Assembly: GCA_934246625.1 (NCBI GenBank) | Contig: CAKQHZ010000001.1 | Location: 232,338 to 296,337, forward strand | DNA: 64,000 nt | Direction of reading: 5' to 3' | DNA from: an uncultured Alphaproteobacteria bacterium | GTDB lineage: Bacteria; Pseudomonadota; Alphaproteobacteria; Rs-D84; CACZYB01 | Part shown: positions 10,087 through 20,012 of the stretch, in pieces | How positions within the stretch are numbered: position 1 is the first letter of the stretch | Layout of the letters: the number at the start of each line of letters is the position of its first letter | Translations under genes and position numbers: made by a program | Notes under the pieces: generated by a model | The model's database searches: none | What the model saw: the letters and a program-made list of their open reading frames with translations, nothing else | What the model was told of the DNA's origin: nothing

Positions 10087-10985
10087 TGATAAATAATGCT
10101 TTTATTTTAATCTGTATATATTATCCTTTCAAGAAAAAATAAACACGACCAAATGATGATGTTTAATAAAATATAAATTATTACTGGACCACTTAATCCT
10201 ATTGCGAATCACTCACCTAAAAATGATTATGAGGGATTTTGAAAGATTTTTACTTAAAAGACATTGGAATAAAAAGCACATACCATTCATTGCATTTGCA
10301 GAAAAATGAGTATCTGAAGAATGGCATTTTCACTTGCTTTTCAATGGTGGTGAATTTACTCATCAGGAATTAAAAATAGCAACCTACAGGATAATTTTGA
10401 AACAAAAACTACCCGCATACAGTCTGTAAATAGATGAAATAAAAGATGGTGTTGCAAAGGTTGAATGTTATACGATAAAGGAAATCAAAGTCACAGATTA
10501 TAATCATTTTGACAGTGACAGGATTATACTTTCTCACAATTTATTTAATCTGGAGGTAAAATAATTCAATCCCACCTACCCAATATCAACGAAAAACAAA
10601 ATTATAGTAAATTATAAACCAGAACTGTTTAATCGCAATTCTGGCTTGTTTATGTCATTCTAGATAATATTTAGTATTCTTCTGCTAACATAACTGTCAT
10701 TACTCGTATTGTCTTTGTTATATCAGTTGGGTCGTTCGAATAATAACGAAAATCCCTATCATAATAATCAATCTTCCACATTATCTTTTCACCATAATAA
10801 ATAAAACTTCCATAATCGTGTTCATTATATGGGTCGTTCTTACTATTAAAATTATTAAAAGCTTTTCACTCCCTGCAAAATCTCATTTATTGCTTTTTGT
10901 CCTTTGCTGAAAACACCTCTGGTCAACATCACTTTCCCACCTAAAAGGCTTTTACGGAAGTTATCGTTTAGTGTTTGAATATCCA

Positions 10986-11236
10986 TTATCTACCCTCCTG
11001 AATCAAGAATTTATTGAAGCGACGAAGTGCTTGTTTTACGCTTGTGTGAGAACGATTTCCATAAGCAAATTTTTCACCCGCTTTGTAAATTGGTAAGATT
11101 GAAGTAATGTTTTGTGTGAGAGTTTCAAGGCTGATATTTTACTTCTTACAAAGGCAAGTTATACGACCTTGATAGTCCTTTGCAGTGTTAAGTTTGTAGT
11201 TGTTAGCGATAAGCCAATTTTTAAATTTTTTAAGCA
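10986..11236 (-). pseudogene. Fragment resembling a tyrosine-recombinase N-terminal SAM-like domain, interrupted by an in-frame stop
   Basis: Reads MLKKFKNWLIANNYKLNTAKDYQGRITCLCKK*NISLETLTQNITSILPIYKAGEKFAYGNRSHTSVKQALRRFNKFLIQEGR*. There is no catalytic domain downstream. Confidence 0.3.
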
Positions 11237-11528
11237 TTTTAAAACCCTTTCATTTTTTGTTTTACATAATAAATATGTCGTGTTGTTTTGAGAAAATACG
11301 CAAAAAATGTGAGAAAGATGGCTGTTTTTAGGTATTTTTTGAGTAGGTTTGAATTTTATTGAGAAAAATCAAACCTCGTGTCCACATGGACACAAGATTG
11401 AAATCAATAATTTGTTACCACAAAAACGCTAACAAATGATGCTAAACTGAAAATGTGTTTTATCCGAGAATAAAAAAAGACACCTCATATCGCTAATAAT
11501 ACGAGGAGTCATAATTATGGATTACTTT

Positions 11529-12095
11529 TTAATTCTTCATATATCCATCAATAATTAATACTTCTTCTTTTAAAGTTCCATCATCATTATAAATTTTTTT
11601 TATTCCATCTGCTGTACCATTTTTATAAGGAGTTTTTATATTTATTTTTCCGTTTGGAAAATAACCAATATGATAACCATCTGCCTTTCCATTCTTTAAA
11701 TGAACTATACCAGTAATATAATTTGTTCTCCAATTTAATGAAGGGTGCATCATTTCTTTAAAACGTGTAGCATTTTCATAACTATCTCTACCATAAAGTG
11801 TTATCAAATCAAAAGAATAAGTCTTTACAATACCAGTTATAGGATTTCCGTTTTTATCGGTACAGCTTTCCGTTTCTGGTTCTATAGTTAATATACAATT
11901 AACGTCTTTACCAAGATATACTTTTTCAGAAAACAAAGCATAATATCCAATAAAAAGACAACATAATATTGTCAAAATTTTAACAATTTTATATTGCTTA
12001 TAAGATGAAACACATTTTGCTGTATATTTATTTTTATTTAATTTTTCTTCTATTAAAGATGTGTATTTTTTAAGTTGAGTAAGATATTTTTCCAT
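11529..12095 (-). CDS. Membrane-anchored MORN/YwqK-like repeat protein
   Basis: N-terminal TM helix, then repeated G-x-G-x-x-x-Y / NGK units (GIVHLKNGKADGYHIGYFPNGKI...YKNGTADGIKKIYNDDGTL). Confidence 0.4.
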   Translation of the reverse strand: MEKYLTQLKKYTSLIEEKLNKNKYTAKCVSSYKQYKIVKILTILCCLFIGYYALFSEKVYLGKDVNCILTIEPETESCTDKNGNPITGIVKTYSFDLITLYGRDSYENATRFKEMMHPSLNWRTNYITGIVHLKNGKADGYHIGYFPNGKINIKTPYKNGTADGIKKIYNDDGTLKEEVLIIDGYMKN

Positions 12096-12110
12096 TTTTT
12101 TATCCTTTCA

Positions 12111-13043
12111 TTAAAATCCATTTAAAGTTTCAGCACATAAAGTAAGCCAACTATTATCATTAAGAATCTGCTCCATTCTATCAGGGTTTTCGTAAGCAAG
12201 CTTTACAGATTCTTTCATAAATGTATAAGCTTCAGCTCCATGAGAATAAGTACTTTCTATCATTTTATATGCAATATTAATAGGAGTTCCATTTCTTCTA
12301 TGTCCAACTATAACGTTCATTATAGTAGCAAAATTAGAACATATTCTTCCTCCCATAGTTTCCAATATTCGTTCTTTTTCAGCAAGTCTTTTAGCTTCTT
12401 CAGGATGTTCTTCTGCCCACTTCCGATTTATTTCAGCTTGTCTTGCTAATTCAGCTTCTTTTTCTTTTTTAGCTTTTTCTCTAGCTGCTTTTTCATTGGA
12501 TATACTCTTATCTATTTCAGAAACAATTTTTAAAATTTCAGATAATTTAGCATCTAAACCTGCAATTTGTTCATCAGTTAATGAGCTACTACAAATAAGA
12601 TTTTCAAATTCTTGTATAGCATTTTCAGCTTTATCTATAACTGCTGAAATTTTTTTGTTTGCATCATATCTATTTTCATATCCCAATTGACTTAATTTTT
12701 TTAATGATTCATTAAACTTTTTATTTAAATTTTCAACTTTCCGTATATATTTTAAATAAACTCCAAAATTTTTTCCGAAATTATCATAAAAATTTAAAAA
12801 ATCATATTTATCATCAAATCCCCATTCTTTTTTGTAATCTGTATATTTTTGAAAATATGTTCTTATATCAGCATAAGAATATCCTTGATTCAAATATTTT
12901 TGATATGTTTCTAAATCGAAATGGCAAGAATAATCTCCACAAATAAGACTATATTGTTCTTCATCATCACTTTGAGACCTTGCAAAAACCTCATTAAAAT
13001 TTAAGCAAAATAAACAAAGTATTAAAAAAATTTTTTTTAACAT
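12111..13043 (-). CDS. Secreted coiled-coil protein, hypothetical
   Basis: Signal peptide MLKKIFLILCLFCLNFNEVFA and a Lys/Glu-rich coiled-coil core. The stop overlaps the upstream gene start. Confidence 0.35.
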   Translation of the reverse strand: MLKKIFLILCLFCLNFNEVFARSQSDDEEQYSLICGDYSCHFDLETYQKYLNQGYSYADIRTYFQKYTDYKKEWGFDDKYDFLNFYDNFGKNFGVYLKYIRKVENLNKKFNESLKKLSQLGYENRYDANKKISAVIDKAENAIQEFENLICSSSLTDEQIAGLDAKLSEILKIVSEIDKSISNEKAAREKAKKEKEAELARQAEINRKWAEEHPEEAKRLAEKERILETMGGRICSNFATIMNVIVGHRRNGTPINIAYKMIESTYSHGAEAYTFMKESVKLAYENPDRMEQILNDNSWLTLCAETLNGF

Positions 13044-13681
13044 ATTTTTTCGGCCTCCTTCTTTACTTTTTTAACTGAAAATTTTTTATCCCATTCATCC
13101 AAAACATCGTCATCATCTACAGTTTTCATAAGATACATAAGATGGTCTAAATCTTCATCTGATACATGTGTAATTATATAATTTGTTTGGCAAATACATT
13201 TAAAATCTCCTCCACATGTTGGAACAAAAGCTGTTCTCATTTCTTTTCTAAACTCATCATAATCAACAGGTTTTTCCTCTTTTTTAGGACTATTTGGATT
13301 AAAACATTTTTCTTCAGCTTTCTTAGATATAGCTTGTATAGATGGTTTATTCCAGAAATTATTAAATTTAGGAGTTTTATTTATTTCTATCGCTTTTTGG
13401 AAAATATTTGCAACATCTTTCAAGTCTGTTTCAGATAAATTATTAGCAGTATAATTTGTTTTACATTTACAATCTATATCATCACAAGATTTTAGCATTA
13501 CATCTCTAAACAATTCTCTAATTTCTTCAGAAGAAGCTTCTTGTAAATTTATTTTTTGTTCATTAGATTCTGTTTCTGTTATACTATTAATCCCATTTAA
13601 ACTTTTATCAACAATATCCTTTAATTGAACACATGCTGCAAAACTAAATACCATAGGAATTATAAACAATTTTTTATTCAT
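13037..13681 (-). CDS. Secreted Cys-rich protein with an internal duplication, hypothetical
   Basis: Signal peptide, then two copies of a C-x-C-x-T-N-Y...S-E/D-x-D-L-x module (DIDCKCKTNYTANNLSETDLKDV and GDFKCICQTNYIITHVSDEDLDHL). Confidence 0.35.
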   Translation of the reverse strand: MNKKLFIIPMVFSFAACVQLKDIVDKSLNGINSITETESNEQKINLQEASSEEIRELFRDVMLKSCDDIDCKCKTNYTANNLSETDLKDVANIFQKAIEINKTPKFNNFWNKPSIQAISKKAEEKCFNPNSPKKEEKPVDYDEFRKEMRTAFVPTCGGDFKCICQTNYIITHVSDEDLDHLMYLMKTVDDDDVLDEWDKKFSVKKVKKEAEKIC

Positions 13682-13698
13682 TTTATTTCTCCTTATTC

Positions 13699-14157
13699 TT
13701 ATATTTGTTTAATTAAAAATTTTAGCCCTGAAACTTTTGTATCAAGCCAATTTTCATTAGATAACGGATTTTTCTCTTCATTCTTACGAGAACTTCCATT
13801 ATAATCACATTCCACTTCTGATAAAAATATACCAAAACAATAAGTATTATTAGATTTCAGTTTTTCTAAATTTTTACAATCGTCTATAAAACTACTTCTT
13901 TTATTTGTATTACCTTGATTAATTTTATCATATTTAAATTCAATATAATAATTAATATTATTCACAACAAAATACATATCAACATCATGACCATTACGAT
14001 GCTCTTCTGTATGAAGTTTTTGTAAATTTTGTTTTAATAAACCATCAGATACATAATTTCTGAAATCATTTTCATCTTCTGGGTGAAAATTAAGATTTTC
14101 AATTATTTTAATTAAAACGTTTAACATTGTTCTTCCTTGTTTATAATTAAACTTCAT
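13699..14157 (-). CDS. Hypothetical protein
   Basis: ORF only. It is the first gene of the minus-strand 14157-to-11529 cluster. Confidence 0.3.
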   Translation of the reverse strand: MKFNYKQGRTMLNVLIKIIENLNFHPEDENDFRNYVSDGLLKQNLQKLHTEEHRNGHDVDMYFVVNNINYYIEFKYDKINQGNTNKRSSFIDDCKNLEKLKSNNTYCFGIFLSEVECDYNGSSRKNEEKNPLSNENWLDTKVSGLKFLIKQI

Positions 14158-14195
14158 ATTAAATCCAGTCGATTTTTGCTATTTTTAATATACAC

Positions 14196-14319
14196 AAATC
14201 ACCGTCTATTTGATATAGTCTTATGCAATCATTGGATATGCTAGCTTTTATAGAAATTAGTTGACTTTTAGGGTTAAAATTCCTAAAATGGAAATGTATT
14301 AAATATAGACGGTGGTTTA
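14196..14319. promoter_or_regulatory. Candidate invertible promoter switch: 10-13 bp inverted repeats flanking a near-consensus sigma70 promoter
   Basis: IR-L at 14196-14217 contains CACCGTCTAT. IR-R at 14301-14319 contains ATAGACGGTG. Between them are TTGACT (14261-14266), a 17-bp spacer and TAAAAT (14284-14289). The element lies immediately upstream of a serine recombinase gene. Confidence 0.3.
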
Positions 14320-14405
14320 TTTGTCATATTTAATTTTCACAACAAACATTAGGTAAAATCTGGTAGTTCTTATAGTTGTAAAAACAACAAATAGGAGCTA
14401 AAAAA

Positions 14406-14993
14406 ATGATTTATGGATATACCAGAGTTTCAACTGAACTACAAAACACCGAAAATCAAAAACACGAAATTCAAACCTTTGTAAAGTCGCAGAAAATCAA
14501 GATTGACAAGTGGGTGGATGAAATAATTTCTTCCCGAAAATCATTAAAAGAAAGGCAACTGGGTAAACTTTTAAAACATCTTAAAAAAGGGGATATTTTG
14601 ATTGCTTCGGAACTTTCAAGACTTGGCAGAAATTTGCTTGAAGTTATGGGAATTTTGCAAAGCTGTTTGGAAAAAGATTGCCAAATATGGACCTTAAAAG
14701 AAAACTATAAACTTGGTGCAGATATACAGTCAAAAGTCCTTGCATTTGCGTTTTCGTTGGCTGCTGAAATTGAGCGACAACTTATTTCTCAACGGACAAG
14801 GGAGTCATTAAAAAGGATAAAAGATGAAGGTAAACATCTTGGCCGGCCATTTGGATTTAGTTATAAAAAACTTGATGCAAAGAAAGGTAAAATCCAAGAA
14901 TTACTTTCAAAAGATATTTCCAAAGCCGAAATTGCAAGGCTTCTAGATTGTTCTTGGATAACACTTCACAGGTATATACGAAAGTCATTGTAA
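14406..14993 (+). CDS. Serine recombinase (resolvase/invertase family)
   Basis: N-terminal MIYGYTRVSTELQN with the catalytic Ser, SELSRLGRN, and a C-terminal HTH. Confidence 0.8.
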   Translation: MIYGYTRVSTELQNTENQKHEIQTFVKSQKIKIDKWVDEIISSRKSLKERQLGKLLKHLKKGDILIASELSRLGRNLLEVMGILQSCLEKDCQIWTLKENYKLGADIQSKVLAFAFSLAAEIERQLISQRTRESLKRIKDEGKHLGRPFGFSYKKLDAKKGKIQELLSKDISKAEIARLLDCSWITLHRYIRKSL

Positions 14994-15309
14994 AAAACCT
15001 TGTATTGCTGATAATACAAACTTTATTTATTTGTTATTCATAATCAACTAAATTTTTTTGTAAAAGCATAAGTAATAACCATTAAAATTAGTTCAATAAT
15101 TACACCGTATCGCACTTAACTAATTGCATAATACTTAGTATAAAACCCTTTTTTCTAAAGCAAACAAGTTTTTAATAAAATTAATTTTAATTAACGCATA
15201 AAAAACTCATCTTATAGGGGATACATTTTCCTTCTTATTTTACTTAAATTTTTAACATTAAAATCTTATAACTCATTTTACATATCAAATAAACATTATT
15301 TTTTATTTT

Positions 15310-17901
15310 CTAATATTTCGATAATACTGTAATTATCTCCTGTTTTATTTTCTGTGGAAAATCGTAATTTATCCAATCTGGATTGTTATTAAACCAAGAC
15401 AAGCATTGTTCCTGAGTTAAGTTATCACTTGTCATGTATTCAAATATATAGGATACTGCCGTACGAGAAAAACCTAAATATAACAATGATAACTGTGTTT
15501 TTTGACTAACACCGAATTCCAAGAAAACTGAAAAATCTTGAATTTCTTGAACTAAATCATTTCTATTAATACTCGTCAAATAATATTTCAATACATCTGA
15601 ATAGCATTTAAGATATTTTGGGGCTGTATATCTTGCAAATTTTTCTATTAATTCCATTGTTTCCCTGATCAATGTATTTGTATTTAGTGAATCAGAATAA
15701 TTCCTTGATTTTATATAGTTAATTCTGTTTGTTATAATTCTCTTTAATGGATACCCTCTCATCCAATTCACTACTATAATTGAGCAACTATATAACGAAC
15801 GACTTGAGTAATAAATTCGAGTTAAATGATTATTGATTCTTTGAAACGCTTTGTTATAGATACCAACAGCATTTTCACTAGCAGGATCGCATAGTAATAG
15901 CTCCTCAATATTCTTTTTTTTATTTTTATTGCGTTCTATAAAATAATTATACAGTCTAATTATATGCATAGAATTTATGCCTGGATTATTTTCTATAATA
16001 TCCAAAGGGAAGGGTAAATTTTGATAAATATTTGCAATCTCGCTTTCTATCTCATCAATGTTAGGAAAGAAATTACTCCATTTATATTGTTTTATTGTCT
16101 TATATCTTCCATATTGTGCCACTAAATATGACACAAACTGATCAAATAAATGATTAGGCTGTGCGTTTATATCTTGACATTTTATATAGTTTAAAAAACT
16201 TGTTGTCTTAAACTCTTCATTATCGATAAATTTCCTAATGTAGTATTTCTGTCTTTTCTTTGGAGCTTGTCCATCCGTCCAGATATTTTTATCGTTGGGA
16301 TCAATACAGATTATATTACCTTGAAATTCAGTTCCCCATCGTCCTGCTCGTCCCGCTAAATTCCAAAAATCAGCATTTGACATTAACTGTTGTTTCCCTT
16401 TTTTAGGGCCTCGCATAAATATACTTCTACACGACAAATTAACACCTTCAACCAATGTAGAGGTACAAACTAAATGTGTAATAATATTTTCATTGAATAA
16501 TCGTTCTATTTCTGCTTTTATTAAAATAGGCATATTTCCATAATGAAAAGCTACACCACGTTTTAGAACTTTACATAGAACATATTCTTCATGGATAGTT
16601 TTCTTACATAAATCAATTAATGAATTTAGTGCTTCATCGTTTTTATTGTTATCTTCACCCAACAAATCACATATTAACTGAGCAATCTTTTCAGCATCTG
16701 CAGCACCATTTACATATATAATATTACCTTTAGCAATTATATTTTGATTATGGGTTAATGCATCGACCATATAAGCAATTCTTTTTTGATCAGAATTGGG
16801 GGATGATTTAAGAGAAATATTATTCAAACAATATTCTTCATTACCACTTATCAGCTTCAAAACCCATTTCTTAGATGAATGAGGCTGTTGTTCTACCCAC
16901 AGAATGTTCTGATTAACCGTCAGTTCTTCACCTTTGATACAATGTGTTTGTTTTTTCTCATCTATATCTTCAAGTAATCGTTCTGGATTAGCAGTAAATG
17001 GGCTAACAAAAACTAATTTAAGATTACTATTTTCAAATATTCCCCATTCTATAATTTGTTGCAATAAAAGTCCACGATTATCATCACCTATCTTATAGGC
17101 TTCGTCAATAATCATTGCAAATATATTTAATTCAAAATTCAACGAAGAAAGTAATAGATAAAAACGTTCTTGCGTAAATACGAAAATATTTGATTTATTC
17201 CAATCTAAAATATCATTTATTGGCATAGATGTCACATTGACTTTTTCTTCCAGAGCATTATCGTTTATTAGTTTTTTAAAATCTTCTTCTAATTCATATA
17301 TTAAAGCTCGCGTAGGAACAATATATACTATATTTACTTTGTTATTTTCTTTTATTTGATCGATAATCCATTGTTTTACTATAAATGTTTTACCTGCAGC
17401 TGTTGGAGCTGTAACACTCAAATATTTGTAACATTCCAAACTTCTCCAAAAATTATTTTGAAATTTATTCGCAAATATTTTCTTTCCGTTGTTTGTGTCT
17501 ATAAGATTTTCTTTTCTACATCTTGTCCAAAACATTTTAGATGAAAAATTTAGACGGTTTTCTATATGTCCTTCTATAAGGTTTCTTTTTTCTGCTAAAT
17601 TAATGGCCGGAATGTTAGATAAAGAATTAAGAATAATGGTCGCCATATCTCTATGTTCAGGTGATACAGCACAAGATATACATGTCTGGGTAATTCTTAA
17701 AACCTTATCAAAATTAGAAACATCTTTTGCTAAAATACTTGCACATAGTAGCAAATATCCCCAATCTATATCTGCTTGCGTATCTTTTTCCTTAATAAAT
17801 ATGCCATCGAACTGTTCTTCAACAGATAAAAGGAGAACCTTTAAATACATATTACTAAAGTATTGGTTATTATTTATCCATTCCAATAAAGTTTCTTGCA
17901 T
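15310..17901 (-). CDS. Ski2-like SF2 helicase, candidate Hachiman HamB
   Basis: Helicase motifs are TAPTAAGKT (I), PTRAL (Ia), IIDEAYK (II), SPFTA (III), FHYGNMP, TSTLVEGVNL (V) and QLMSNADFWNLAGRAGR (VI), after a roughly 160-aa N-terminal domain. The start is 3 bp from the upstream DUF1837-like gene. Confidence 0.5.
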   Translation of the reverse strand: MQETLLEWINNNQYFSNMYLKVLLLSVEEQFDGIFIKEKDTQADIDWGYLLLCASILAKDVSNFDKVLRITQTCISCAVSPEHRDMATIILNSLSNIPAINLAEKRNLIEGHIENRLNFSSKMFWTRCRKENLIDTNNGKKIFANKFQNNFWRSLECYKYLSVTAPTAAGKTFIVKQWIIDQIKENNKVNIVYIVPTRALIYELEEDFKKLINDNALEEKVNVTSMPINDILDWNKSNIFVFTQERFYLLLSSLNFELNIFAMIIDEAYKIGDDNRGLLLQQIIEWGIFENSNLKLVFVSPFTANPERLLEDIDEKKQTHCIKGEELTVNQNILWVEQQPHSSKKWVLKLISGNEEYCLNNISLKSSPNSDQKRIAYMVDALTHNQNIIAKGNIIYVNGAADAEKIAQLICDLLGEDNNKNDEALNSLIDLCKKTIHEEYVLCKVLKRGVAFHYGNMPILIKAEIERLFNENIITHLVCTSTLVEGVNLSCRSIFMRGPKKGKQQLMSNADFWNLAGRAGRWGTEFQGNIICIDPNDKNIWTDGQAPKKRQKYYIRKFIDNEEFKTTSFLNYIKCQDINAQPNHLFDQFVSYLVAQYGRYKTIKQYKWSNFFPNIDEIESEIANIYQNLPFPLDIIENNPGINSMHIIRLYNYFIERNKNKKKNIEELLLCDPASENAVGIYNKAFQRINNHLTRIYYSSRSLYSCSIIVVNWMRGYPLKRIITNRINYIKSRNYSDSLNTNTLIRETMELIEKFARYTAPKYLKCYSDVLKYYLTSINRNDLVQEIQDFSVFLEFGVSQKTQLSLLYLGFSRTAVSYIFEYMTSDNLTQEQCLSWFNNNPDWINYDFPQKIKQEIITVLSKY

Positions 17902-17904
17902 GTT

Positions 17905-18873
17905 TTATCCTTTATCTGGAAAAATTCCCAAACATTTATGAAATTCTGTTCTTAATTCATTTACAGATTTAAAAGGAATACAGAAGAAATGTATAACAAA
18001 AGAGTCTAATCCTTTCATTTTTAGTTTATTTTGAATAACTATATTCAATTTCGGTATTTCTTTTCGAATTTTCTTTTCTACATCTGAAATAGTTTCTTGA
18101 TTGGGAGATTGAGGATAATAATTATCTTGTTCAAAGCCAACAAAAGCTATGGCTCTTATTTCGAGTTTATTAAATTTAGGACTATCTCTATCTAAATACT
18201 CCTTAAGTACATCTTCCATTTTTTTATCATTAAGATCTATAAACTGCTTTAATAGAATAAAATCCCTATTATCTGCGGACAAGATACCACCATTCGCATT
18301 AAGTAAGGTATTTAAGCTATTTAAGCAATCTTCAACTGCGGTAGGAAAATCTTTATAAACTTTTGATTCTCCCCAATGTAAAGCTAAATTATTATCCTCT
18401 GTTAATCCAAGATATACTCCATCTGCACCATGGAAGTACATATTATGATTTGTTTTTAAATTCATTTTACATATCACTTGGGGAATTTTTAAAAATTTTT
18501 CTGCTAATACAAATAAAATTAGTTCACCTAATTCACCTGACTTAACACTATCGACAAATGTTTCCTGTGCTTCTTGCCGTAATTTCATCATATTTCTGGT
18601 TGTTGAATTTTGGTTATCCCTATTTTTTGCTTCAACAATACGACTTCTTGGAATTACATAATCAATTATATCACAAACCACACAATCCACAAAATCTTTT
18701 GTTCGATCCCGTCCGTTGCCATCTAATTCAATACAATGCCAATAAGATATTGTTTCTGTTTCATCTATCTTTTTTTCTTTTTCTACAGTGTGTAAGAAAG
18801 CTTCATAGCTATTGAAATCACCCCTAGCTAATCTATTTAATATACTCAATAAAAAATCTTCGTTCTCAGACAT
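17905..18873 (-). CDS. PD-(D/E)xK-like protein, candidate Hachiman HamA (DUF1837-like)
   Basis: The E ... D ... ExK pattern (GELGE, HGADGV, HWGESKVY) sits directly upstream of, and translationally coupled to, the helicase. Confidence 0.45.
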   Translation of the reverse strand: MSENEDFLLSILNRLARGDFNSYEAFLHTVEKEKKIDETETISYWHCIELDGNGRDRTKDFVDCVVCDIIDYVIPRSRIVEAKNRDNQNSTTRNMMKLRQEAQETFVDSVKSGELGELILFVLAEKFLKIPQVICKMNLKTNHNMYFHGADGVYLGLTEDNNLALHWGESKVYKDFPTAVEDCLNSLNTLLNANGGILSADNRDFILLKQFIDLNDKKMEDVLKEYLDRDSPKFNKLEIRAIAFVGFEQDNYYPQSPNQETISDVEKKIRKEIPKLNIVIQNKLKMKGLDSFVIHFFCIPFKSVNELRTEFHKCLGIFPDKG

Positions 18874-18900
18874 ATCTTTTTTCTACCTTATTATGCATTT

Positions 18901-19257
18901 TTATAACTTATTGCAATAGTGCATTAATTCATCGACTTTAGCAACGATACGTTTTTGCTCAGTTAGTGGAAGAAGGGGAATTAAAATATTATGTAACACT
19001 CCAGAGGATAATCTCTGTATTCCAATACCTTTTCCTCCGATAAAACCAGTTATTTTATAAAAGAATAATACATAATCAGCCCTTTTAGGCTCTCCACGTT
19101 TAACTTCCTTACCCCTAATCATTATTCTACCTTTAGTAAAGCTAACTTCTTGCTTTATTTGAGTCTTATTATCCCAACCTCTTTCAATAATGCTTGGTGT
19201 AATTTCAATACGTTTAGTATCCTCTTCGGATAATTTATTATAATCAACTTTAACCAT
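18901..19257 (-). pseudogene. Chimeric remnant of a type I restriction-modification locus (HsdR_N-like N-terminus fused to the HsdS C-terminal conserved tail)
   Basis: LSEEDTKRIEITPSIIERGW...KRADYVLFFY is HsdR_N-like. ILIPLLPLTEQKRIVAKVDELMHYCNKL is the hallmark HsdS C-terminus. Neither domain is complete. Confidence 0.5.
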
Positions 19258-19390
19258 AAGACTAACCTTTTGTTAGGTTAACAACCAATTTTCTCTATTT
19301 TACTTAATTGTATAGCATCTTTCAAGGAAAATAATCTCTTGTTTATGTAAATATTCTTTGATAAAATGTTTCCGTACATGGAGGTAAAAT

Positions 19391-19954
19391 ATGAAAAAGA
19401 AATGGGGATTTTTAAGAGAAACAAAAGAACTTGCTCAAAAAGCAGGAATTGATAAAGATACTGGTTTACACAGAAATGGTTTAGATGAATATTTAAATGT
19501 TATTTTTCCTCATGTTAATGATTGGATTCATGATAAATCTATTGATCTTGATGGAAAAAAATATAGACCAGATTACAGAAGTGAAACATTAAAACTTATT
19601 GTAGAATTTGATGGACTTCCTCACTATACAAACCCTCAAAATATACTAAATGATATTGAAAAAACAGAATTTTACAAAAAACACGAATATAAAGTTGTAA
19701 GAATTCCATACTTTATACAATTATCAAATAGTGTTGTTAAAAGTTTATTTAATGTAAATGTAAAAGAAGAATTATTTGATGAAAAGATACCATCCCTTGG
19801 AATACAAGGTCGAAATACTCCAGCTTTTCTTTGTGTAGCTGGAATTATTAGGATGAAGGAAGAATTTAAAAAATTTCCGAGACAATATGAAGTTAATAAA
19901 AAAGCTCTTATAAAAGAAAACAATCCTTATTTAACAGGCGTAGATTTGATATAA
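19391..19954 (+). CDS. DUF559/Vsr-like (PD-(D/E)xK) endonuclease-domain protein
   Basis: KYRPDYRSETLKLIVEFDGLPHYT ... YKVVRIPYF matches the restriction-endonuclease-like fold pattern. Confidence 0.4.
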   Translation: MKKKWGFLRETKELAQKAGIDKDTGLHRNGLDEYLNVIFPHVNDWIHDKSIDLDGKKYRPDYRSETLKLIVEFDGLPHYTNPQNILNDIEKTEFYKKHEYKVVRIPYFIQLSNSVVKSLFNVNVKEELFDEKIPSLGIQGRNTPAFLCVAGIIRMKEEFKKFPRQYEVNKKALIKENNPYLTGVDLI

Positions 19955-20012
19955 GTCTACATAAAATAAAACATCCCCACAACGACGGGGAGCAAAAAAG
20001 TAGGAAAAAAAT

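Noticed and set aside
10315-10428. HUH-like fragment as a functional Rep/transposase gene
   Set aside because: It is interrupted by stops on both sides and lacks a start and a catalytic Tyr motif at proper spacing. It is kept only as evidence of decay.
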